DNA from: an uncultured Candidatus Saccharibacteria bacterium
Lineage (GTDB): Bacteria; Patescibacteriota; Saccharimonadia; Saccharimonadales; 2-12-FULL-41-12
DNA: 64,000 bases
Direction of reading: 5' to 3'
NCBI GenBank assembly: GCA_947085855.1
Contig: CAMTYB010000001.1
Coordinates: forward strand, 149,788-213,787
The notes under the pieces were generated by a model, which did no database searches, was not told the origin of the DNA, and saw nothing but the letters and a program-made list of their open reading frames with translations. Below, piece by piece: positions 57,261 through 64,000 of this stretch. A program made the translations under genes and the position numbers. Position 1 is the stretch's first letter. Each line of letters begins with the position of its first letter.

Positions 57261-57629
57261 ATGAAAAAATTATTAGGACTATCTTATATCTACTCTGCGG
57301 CTTCAATATTTATTGGCCCAGCGCTAGTTTTCTTTAGCTCTAGTAGACACCCGAGTGGGTGGGATTGCTCGGACCCATCGTGGGGTCAAGATGGAACAGC
57401 ATTTATACCTCTTGAAGCTCGAGAGGTTATATATGATAAGAATGCTCAGTTTATGGTCATGGGTGCATATATCATGCTGGCTATAGGAATTGGTATTGCG
57501 AGCTATATAATCTATGTAGCGGTAGTAAATAAACAGTTTAAGTCAGTTATATTGCCGTTATTTTTAATGACTCTTATGTTCTTGGGTTACTTTGCGATTA
57601 TCGCGATCGGTTCTTTGCCGTGGTGCTGA
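57261..57629 (+). CDS. Hypothetical membrane protein (3-4 TM)
   Basis: 122-aa hydrophobic ORF preceded by an AT-rich upstream region. Confidence 0.6.
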   Translation: MKKLLGLSYIYSAASIFIGPALVFFSSSRHPSGWDCSDPSWGQDGTAFIPLEAREVIYDKNAQFMVMGAYIMLAIGIGIASYIIYVAVVNKQFKSVILPLFLMTLMFLGYFAIIAIGSLPWC

Positions 57630-57655
57630 ACTCAGCACAATGATAACCTCACGGG

Positions 57656-57790
57656 GAAGACAACATTTCGTCACATGCTCGAAGCAAGACTCCTGCGCGT
57701 GTTCCTCATGAACGAACCCCTGCGGGCTTCGCGGTTCGCTTGTGCGAACTAACCAAGCAAAAAGCCCTCCATATCGGAGAGCCTTTTGCT
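57656..57790 (-). other. tRNA-Glu-distal cassette ending in a direct copy of the tRNA 3' end; homologous to the tRNA-Ser cassette
   Basis: Plus-strand ACCTCACGGGGAA occurs at 57796-57808 (in the tRNA) and at 57656-57668. It extends to 18 nt with 2 mismatches, covering a degenerate CCA. Read on the minus strand, the cassette runs hairpin, GAACCG...GGTTCG hairpin, ATGAG, CGCGCAGG, TCGAGCA, then the repeat. Confidence 0.6.
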
Positions 57791-57865
57791 TGGTGACCTC
57801 ACGGGGAATCGAACCCCGATTGCCAGGATGAGAACCTGGTGTCCTAACCGTTAGACGATAAGGCC
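57791..57865 (-). tRNA. tRNA-Glu (anticodon CUC), encoded CCA
   Basis: Minus-strand read: GGCCTTATCGTCTAACGGTTAGGACACCAGGTTCTCATCCTGGCAATCGGGGTTCGATTCCCCGTGAGGTCACCA. The anticodon loop is TTCTCAT. Confidence 0.95.
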
Positions 57866-58038
57866 ATGAGCGAGGAGGGAAGATGAGTGCTTGCACATAT
57901 CTTCGTGACGAGCGATTGGTCTAATCTCGAAGAGATGAGGCCGAGTGCTTTATTACCACCTGACGCAACAGATCAAAATTATACTACAGAGGGGGAGTAT
58001 CGTCTATTACCCCCATCTACGGTATACTGAAATCAACA

Positions 58039-59346
58039 ATGCTTGAGCTTACAATTGCAATTATTTCTGGGCTTATTATCGTCGCGCTCTCAGCGTACTT
58101 TGGCGGAAAGTATTGGCGGAAAAAACGGGCTCTAAACAAGAGCGGTCAAGTGTCTCAGCTCAGTGGCGCACTTTTGAGCAAGGAGATCCAGTCGGCAACT
58201 TTGATTGAATCTATTACCGATGGCATTATTGTGACCGATATCGAAAATAAAATTAATCTTTTCAATAAAGCTGCTGCTGCCATGAGTGGCTGGCCGGTAG
58301 AAGAAGCCATGGGGATTGATGCCCAAACCGTTATTACGTTGCTGGCAGACGAAAAGACCAACGCAACTGTCGAAGCTGCTAATCATCCGTTTACCAAAGC
58401 CTTACAAACTCACGAGCCGCTACGCGAAACCGTACAATTGATTACGCGTAAAAACGAGCGTGTGTTTATCTCTCTCTCAATTTCTCCAGTCATCATACCT
58501 AAAGACAATAAGTTGGTCGGAATGGTGGCCGTGCTGCGAGACGTCAGCAAAGAGAAGAGCGAAGAGCAACAGCGCGCCGAATTTGTGAGCACAGCCAGTC
58601 ACGAAATGCGCACGCCGGTGGCAGCCATAGAAGGCTACCTGGCACTTGCTATGAATGATCGCGTCAGCAAAATCGACTCCAAGGCTCGCGACTACCTAGA
58701 AAAAGCCCACGCCAGCACGCAGCACTTAGGGCAGCTCTTTCAGGACTTGCTCACCAGCGCCAAAGCCGAAGACGGCCGCCTTACGAGCCACCCGGTCGTC
58801 AGTGAAATGGGTGCCTTTGTCGAGCAGCTCGTCGAAGACTTGCGCTTTAGCGCCGAAAAGAAAGGCCTGCAATTGGAATTTATTACCAGCCCAGCCAGTC
58901 CAGAAGCCGGCAACATCGTCGACGCCCGCGGCAAAACAATTCGACCATTTTACTTTGCTCACGTAGACCCAGATCGCATGCGCGAGGTCATTACCAACCT
59001 GTTTGATAATGCCGTCAAGTATACCGATGAAGGCAAGATTTCAGTCGCCATAACCGGCAATGATGACGTTGTGCAAGTTCGCATCAGCGACACCGGTCCA
59101 GGCATACCAGCTAGTGACCTACCGCATTTATTCCAGAAATTCTATCGTGTTGATAACTCCGCCACTCGGTCGATCGGTGGCACCGGACTCGGATTGTTTA
59201 TATGTAAGAAAATTGTGGAATTGTATAACGGCACAATTTGGGCCGAAAGCGAAGTCGATAAAGGTAGTACATTTTATATAAATGTGCCGCGACTTTCTAC
59301 ACAACGTGCACACCAACTTCAAGAGGCCGAAAAAGCACAAGTGTGA
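58039..59346 (+). CDS. Sensor histidine kinase (1 TM, PAS, HisKA, HATPase)
   Basis: PAS-like IESITDGIIVTD...; H-box STASHEMRTPVAAIEGY; NLFDNAVKYT; DTGPGI; GTGLGLFIC. Confidence 0.9.
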   Translation: MLELTIAIISGLIIVALSAYFGGKYWRKKRALNKSGQVSQLSGALLSKEIQSATLIESITDGIIVTDIENKINLFNKAAAAMSGWPVEEAMGIDAQTVITLLADEKTNATVEAANHPFTKALQTHEPLRETVQLITRKNERVFISLSISPVIIPKDNKLVGMVAVLRDVSKEKSEEQQRAEFVSTASHEMRTPVAAIEGYLALAMNDRVSKIDSKARDYLEKAHASTQHLGQLFQDLLTSAKAEDGRLTSHPVVSEMGAFVEQLVEDLRFSAEKKGLQLEFITSPASPEAGNIVDARGKTIRPFYFAHVDPDRMREVITNLFDNAVKYTDEGKISVAITGNDDVVQVRISDTGPGIPASDLPHLFQKFYRVDNSATRSIGGTGLGLFICKKIVELYNGTIWAESEVDKGSTFYINVPRLSTQRAHQLQEAEKAQV

Positions 59347-59379
59347 TATACTTTTCCCTTAGAAATAAGGATAACCAGT

Positions 59380-60924
59380 ATGCCAAAAATAATGCTCGTC
59401 GAGGACGATAATAATTTACGTGAAATCTACGGAGCCCGCCTCCAAGCAGAGGGCTACGATATCGTATCTGCCAAAGACGGCGAAGAAGCCTTGGCCATGG
59501 CCGTCAAGGAAAAACCAGACCTGATTATCTCTGACGTCATGATGCCACGCATTAGTGGCTTTGACATGCTTGATATCTTGCGCAATGCGCCAGAGACCAA
59601 GGAAACCAAAGTCATTATGATGACCGCGCTCTCCCAAGCCGAAGACAAAGCTCGGGCCGACAAACTCGGTGCCGACCGCTACCTCGTCAAATCACAAGTC
59701 ACCCTCGAGGACGTCGCTAACGTTGTCAAAGAAGTAATCGGTGGCGATGCCGCTGCATCGACTGATGCCGCCGTAGCTGCTCCCGACGCAACTACACCAG
59801 CGCCTACTACCGAAACACCCCCAGCTGAGCCAGTGCCTGCCGCAGAAACACCAGCACCAGTGCCTGAACCTGCACTAGAAATACCGGTCGAGCAACCAGC
59901 TGCAGCCGACGTTACCCCAACTCCAGTCACTCCAGCTGACCCTGTCGTCATTACACCAACCACACCAGCACCAGCAGACGACGATACCGCTTCTACAACA
60001 TCTACAGATGACGCTACTACCGCTACATCCGACGAAACACCAGCGATTGAGCCTGTGCCCGGTCCTAAAATTCCTCCTGTAGAGGTAAAGGCCGAAGCTC
60101 CGGCCGTCGAAACACCGGCTGAACCTATCAAGGTAGAATTACCAGCCGCTGCCACCGAGACGCCATCCATGGAAACCAACGATGCTGCCACGACTGCAGC
60201 AGACAAGCCAGCAGAAACTCTTGCACCAGCCGCACCAGCACCAGCCGATGACAAACCAGCCGGTAGCGATATCGGTCCAAACGTAACAGAAGCGCTAGCA
60301 GCCGAAGCTAAAGAAGAGTCCTCGGGAACTTCTGAAGCGCCAGCACCTGAACCCGCACCAGAAATACCGACCGTACCGGTTAAAGAAGAGGCCGCGCCTG
60401 TGATACCAGACTTGCCGCCAATTGTGCCACCAGAAACGAGCGAGCCAACTCCAGCCGAAACACCACCGGCCGAAGCTCCTGTAGCTGAGCCGACTGCCAC
60501 CAAGATCCCGGTTACTATGGTTGATACCCCGGAAACTACGCCACCATCGATTGCTAACGGTACACAGACCCACACGATGGTTCAACCAACCCAACCAACA
60601 CCTGGCACACCAGACGAACCAGCCGGCACCCCCACAGAGTCATACCTCGAAGACAAGCCGGTTAACATCAGCGGCAAAAAAGTAATCTCACCGATTAACG
60701 ACCTGACGAGCAAACCAGACCTTAACGCCTTATTGGCTGCTGAGGAGCATAAGGCAGCCGTGCCAAATCCAGCCATTAATACGATTATCACACCAGGCCA
60801 AGCACCTCAGGTTGCCAACCCGCAGCCAGGTGAAACTATTACCACGGTCCAAGTTGACGCCGCTCCAGAAACACCTCCAGCCGGCACCGCTAAAAAAGAC
60901 GAACTCAACAATATATCGCTGTAG
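59380..60924 (+). CDS. Response regulator: receiver domain fused to a ~390-aa Pro/Ala/Thr/Glu-rich low-complexity tail
   Basis: Receiver KIMLVEDD...DLIISDVMMP...K spans aa 1-~120. The rest is a PA/PT/PE-rich sequence with no recognisable output domain. Confidence 0.85.
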   Translation: MPKIMLVEDDNNLREIYGARLQAEGYDIVSAKDGEEALAMAVKEKPDLIISDVMMPRISGFDMLDILRNAPETKETKVIMMTALSQAEDKARADKLGADRYLVKSQVTLEDVANVVKEVIGGDAAASTDAAVAAPDATTPAPTTETPPAEPVPAAETPAPVPEPALEIPVEQPAAADVTPTPVTPADPVVITPTTPAPADDDTASTTSTDDATTATSDETPAIEPVPGPKIPPVEVKAEAPAVETPAEPIKVELPAAATETPSMETNDAATTAADKPAETLAPAAPAPADDKPAGSDIGPNVTEALAAEAKEESSGTSEAPAPEPAPEIPTVPVKEEAAPVIPDLPPIVPPETSEPTPAETPPAEAPVAEPTATKIPVTMVDTPETTPPSIANGTQTHTMVQPTQPTPGTPDEPAGTPTESYLEDKPVNISGKKVISPINDLTSKPDLNALLAAEEHKAAVPNPAINTIITPGQAPQVANPQPGETITTVQVDAAPETPPAGTAKKDELNNISL

Positions 60925-60938
60925 CTCCTAGCTTCATT

Positions 60939-61607
60939 ATGGAACCGCTACGGCTCAACAAATTTATCGCCCAAAGCACCGCCCACTCGCGCCGTGGCGC
61001 CGATAGTTTAATTGCCAATGGGCGAGTGATGGTCAATGATGTTCCTGCCGAAGCTGGGCAGACGGTCACCTCCAAAGATACCGTAACTATTGACGGCAAG
61101 ACGCTTGCCAAAAAGAACCCTATCATAACCATCTTACTCAACAAACCACGCGGTTACGTATGTAGTCGCGACGGGCAGGGCAGTCAGACAATTTATGAGT
61201 TGTTGCCCGAGGACTTACAGATACTGAATCCAGTAGGGCGGCTTGACAAGGAATCATCTGGGCTACTGCTAATGACTACCGACGGACAGCTCGCCTATGA
61301 GCTATCTCATCCGAGTTTTGCCAAAGTTAAGCGCTATATAGTTACGTTCAGCCGGCCACTGGAACCAATACACCAGCAAATGATCAATGATCGCGGCATC
61401 ATGCTCTCGGACGGCGTCAGCCAGCTGACGCTCACCAAAAAAGACGAGGCGGGCAAAGAATTTGAAGTCACTATGTCGGAGGGTCGCAATCGCCAGATTC
61501 GCCGTACGTTTGCTGCGCTCGGCTATCAAGTAGGGTCGTTGCACCGGACTGATTTTGGTCCATATCACCTGGGTGATGTTGCAACAGGTCAGTATGTATT
61601 ATTATAG
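60939..61607 (+). CDS. Pseudouridine synthase, RsuA/RluB family (S4 domain plus catalytic domain)
   Basis: S4-like LRLNKFIAQSTAHSRRGADSLIANGRVMVN. Catalytic GRLDKESSGLLLMTTDG. Also RNRQIRR. Confidence 0.9.
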   Translation: MEPLRLNKFIAQSTAHSRRGADSLIANGRVMVNDVPAEAGQTVTSKDTVTIDGKTLAKKNPIITILLNKPRGYVCSRDGQGSQTIYELLPEDLQILNPVGRLDKESSGLLLMTTDGQLAYELSHPSFAKVKRYIVTFSRPLEPIHQQMINDRGIMLSDGVSQLTLTKKDEAGKEFEVTMSEGRNRQIRRTFAALGYQVGSLHRTDFGPYHLGDVATGQYVLL

Positions 61608-61659
61608 CATACAATTGTGCCTCTTGTCAATATCTCAGAATCACGTATAATAAGAGGTA

Positions 61660-63039
61660 ATGAGTAAGTACGCTGCACCGATTGTAGCCATCGTTGGCCG
61701 AGCCAATGTTGGCAAGTCGAGTCTATTCAACGCTATTCTAGCGCGTCGCGAAGCCATCGTTGCCGATGAGCCCGGTACAACACGCGACAGCATTATGGCA
61801 CGCGCCAGCATCGAGACCGGCAAGGGAAGTCAGGACTTTTGGATTGTTGATACCGCCGGCATGAAAGACCCAGCTGATGACTTTGAATTTACAATTCAAG
61901 AGCAGATCCTCCAGGCGACCGACAGCGCCAACATCATCATCGTCATGATCGAGGCCCATGTCGGTATTACAGAAGAAGACCGCCGCGTTGCCAAACTAGC
62001 CCTTAAGTCAAAGAAACCCGTCATTCTTATCGCCAACAAAGCCGATAAAGCCCGTGGCGCGTCAGCCGCAGACTATCAGCGCCTAGGCATCAAACCAATC
62101 TTCGCTACCAGTGTCACCCAGCAGAAGGGTATCGCCGAACTCATGGAGCATCTAGCAGACCAGCTGCCAAAGGCTCGCATCAAGATTGCCGACGACCGAA
62201 TTCGCATTGCTTTACTCGGTCGTCCAAACGTCGGCAAGTCAGCTCTTTTTAACGCCCTCAGCAAGAAGCAGCAGGCTATCGTGGCCGATCGAGCGGGCAC
62301 CACCCGCGACGTCAACCGCTCAGTCGTCCGCTACAACCAGCGCGAAATCGAACTGCTCGACACCGCCGGCATCCGTCGGAGCGGCAAGATAGGTACTGGC
62401 ATTGAGCGTTTTAGCGTCATTCGCAGCCTGTCTGCCATCGAGCAAGCCGACGTCTGCCTCCTCCTTATGGACGTCAACGAACTTAACGTCCAGCTTGACC
62501 AAAAGATTGCCGGTATGATCAAAGAAGCTGGTAAGGGTCTCATCCTCGTTGTCAGCAAATGGGACAGCCTGGAAGAAAAGGACGCCTTCACTCGCGACGC
62601 CCTGGCACCGAAAATTGCCTACGAATACGCTTTTGTACCATGGGCGCCGCTCGTCTTCACCAGCAGTGTCTCCGGCCAGAATGTCACCAAAATCTACGAC
62701 CTTGTATTTGACATCATGGAACAACGCGGTAAGCGCATCAAAACTACCGAACTCAACCGTTGGCTACGCAAGGTAACCGACCGCCATCCACCAGCCGGCC
62801 TCAAGAATCGCACGCCAAAACTCAACTACATCACTCAAGAAACTGACAATCCTATCCCAAGTTTCAAAGTTTTCGGTGCACACACAAAATTCCTCCACTG
62901 GAGCTACAAGCGCCACATGGACCGCAAAATCCGTGAAGCCTACGGTTACGAAGGCACACCGGTCCAATTCTGGTTCATCGAAAAACACGTCACCCACAAA
63001 CACGGCCAAAGCCCAACTAAAGACACGCCAGCCTCATAA
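61660..63039 (+). CDS. der: Ribosome-biogenesis GTPase Der (EngA), tandem GTPase domains plus KH-like domain
   Basis: Two G1 motifs (GRANVGKSSLFN, GRPNVGKSALFN), DTAG twice and NKAD/SKWD. Confidence 0.95.
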   Translation: MSKYAAPIVAIVGRANVGKSSLFNAILARREAIVADEPGTTRDSIMARASIETGKGSQDFWIVDTAGMKDPADDFEFTIQEQILQATDSANIIIVMIEAHVGITEEDRRVAKLALKSKKPVILIANKADKARGASAADYQRLGIKPIFATSVTQQKGIAELMEHLADQLPKARIKIADDRIRIALLGRPNVGKSALFNALSKKQQAIVADRAGTTRDVNRSVVRYNQREIELLDTAGIRRSGKIGTGIERFSVIRSLSAIEQADVCLLLMDVNELNVQLDQKIAGMIKEAGKGLILVVSKWDSLEEKDAFTRDALAPKIAYEYAFVPWAPLVFTSSVSGQNVTKIYDLVFDIMEQRGKRIKTTELNRWLRKVTDRHPPAGLKNRTPKLNYITQETDNPIPSFKVFGAHTKFLHWSYKRHMDRKIREAYGYEGTPVQFWFIEKHVTHKHGQSPTKDTPAS

Positions 63040-63084
63040 ATTCAGTTGTCATAATTCAGGCTGTGCTAGATACTAGTAGTACCT

Positions 63085-63726
63085 ATGTCGCTACTCACAA
63101 AACGTCCGATCCTGAATGAAATGGCTCCGCTCTACGATGTCGGCCTCAACACCACCATCCTAATTGTCGGCCTCGGCAACCCGGGCAAAGAATATGCTGG
63201 CACGCGCCATAACATCGGCTTTGCCACCATTGATAATTTTGCAGAACATCATGAATTTCCAGCGTGGCAGCAAAAAAAAGACCTCCACTGCTGGTACACC
63301 AGTAAAACGCTCGGCGCTACACGCGTCATCTTGAGTAAGCCGACCACCTTCATGAACGATAGCGGCAAAGCCGTGCAAGCCGTGCAGCACTTTTATAGAG
63401 TTCCTAACGACAAAACTCTAGTTGCATATGACGAACTCGATATTGATTTCGGTCTCATCCGCACCCGTATGGGCGGTAGCAGTGCCGGACATAACGGCAT
63501 CAAGTCTATCTCGCAAGCCTGCGGCGAAGAATATGGCCGCGTCCGTATTGGCATTGGCCCTAAAAAACCCAAACAGATAAAATCCGAAGATTTTGTCCTG
63601 GCTGCATTTTCTAAGACCCAACAAAAGAATCTACCGGCTCTCCTGACTGAAAGCAATGCTATCCTCAGCGAATACGCCTATGGCGCTGGCCAACTGAACG
63701 CCGAAACTCGCACCTTTATTGTCTGA
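63085..63726 (+). CDS. pth: Peptidyl-tRNA hydrolase
   Basis: IVGLGNPGKEYAGTRHNIGF, MNDSG and GHNG. The start may be the internal M at 63121. Confidence 0.9.
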   Translation: MSLLTKRPILNEMAPLYDVGLNTTILIVGLGNPGKEYAGTRHNIGFATIDNFAEHHEFPAWQQKKDLHCWYTSKTLGATRVILSKPTTFMNDSGKAVQAVQHFYRVPNDKTLVAYDELDIDFGLIRTRMGGSSAGHNGIKSISQACGEEYGRVRIGIGPKKPKQIKSEDFVLAAFSKTQQKNLPALLTESNAILSEYAYGAGQLNAETRTFIV

Positions 63727-63729
63727 GTA

Positions 63730-64000
63730 TTACTCAGCCGGAGCTTGGTCGCAAACAGTCAACTCACCGACCGCTAAATACGCCATAGCTTCGTGCGCTA
63801 AGATTTCGCCAGCTATGCCGCCCAGAATCTCAGCCCGCTCCTCAAGCCTCGGCAGCGTAAGCGACGCCGTCGCATACTGAAAGCCTATATCGCGAACGGT
63901 GGGCGCTTCAATCTTCTGGCGACACCTATCAATAGAATTCATTGTTTTGGCGAGCATATCGTACACCATATGCAGTTCTAGGGCAGGGCGATAGAAGTTA
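63730..64000 (-). CDS. Hypothetical protein, C-terminal part; the frame stays open to the window edge
   Basis: No stop between the tracked ATG (63969) and nt 64000 in this frame. Product not recognised. Confidence 0.4.
   Translation of the reverse strand, partial: NFYRPALELHMVYDMLAKTMNSIDRCRQKIEAPTVRDIGFQYATASLTLPRLEERAEILGGIAGEILAHEAMAYLAVGELTVCDQAPAE

Noticed and set aside
59679-60594. 298-aa and 99-aa minus-strand ORFs opposite the response-regulator tail
   Set aside because: They mirror the Pro/Ala/Thr-rich low-complexity coding region. The products are Gly/Ala/Ser/Val homopolymer-like and no RBS is present, so they are treated as artefacts.
1-64000. Alternative genetic code (UGA recoding, as in some candidate-phyla bacteria), CRISPR arrays, rRNA, tmRNA, RNase P, SRP RNA or riboswitches
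   Set aside because: TGA terminates well-delimited genes; for example, the deaminase gene ends at 656. All conserved genes are intact under the standard code. No spaced direct-repeat array and no hallmark motifs of these RNAs were seen on either strand. A covariance-model scan would be needed to exclude small ncRNAs.

Overview
Densely coding 64-kb chromosomal window that reads cleanly with the standard code; TGA, TAA and TAG all end well-supported genes. I can support about 60 protein-coding genes, three tRNA genes (Ser-GGA, Leu-CAA, Glu-CUC, all with encoded CCA), one orphan tRNA 3' fragment and a few hairpin or inverted-repeat elements. I see no rRNA, CRISPR array, transposase, integrase or reverse transcriptase. 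Housekeeping genes (gdh, radC, tgt, rlmH, pyrH, xth, gltX, der, pth, a pseudouridine synthase) are mixed with three other groups. The first is an unusual number of two-component systems: 5 histidine kinases and 5 response regulators, 4 of them lacking a DNA-binding output. The second is monoderm-type envelope functions: sortase, PEGA protein, DUF3048, a MacB-type ABC pair, an RND/MMPL-like permease, a PLD-like protein and a class-A beta-lactamase-like hydrolase. The third is two loci of phage-tail-fibre-like proteins. The gene content would fit a small-genome monoderm of the Patescibacteria/Saccharibacteria type, but that is inference only. Main leads: (1) A minus-strand operon at 1107-5229 encodes an OmpR-type regulator, an untracked 39-codon ORF ending GIPWWNVAD, a 6-TM histidine kinase and a 597-aa protein with two Asp-rich isoprenoid-synthase motifs. 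This is the logic of the Bacillus ComQXPA prenylated-peptide quorum-sensing system in a different gene order and with different regulator families. (2) tRNA-Ser and tRNA-Glu are each followed by a ~140-170-nt cassette that ends in a direct copy of the tRNA 3' end. The two cassettes share collinear sequence blocks, and each lies upstream of a tail-fibre-like locus. (3) Three paralogous fibre-like proteins share an N-terminal module (MPRLP[VI]PGSD..WGD.LN.FL) but have different C-terminal modules. (4) A UmuD-like protein in a umuDC-like operon has lost both residues of the Ser-Lys dyad. All functional calls rest on motif recognition by eye; no database search was run.
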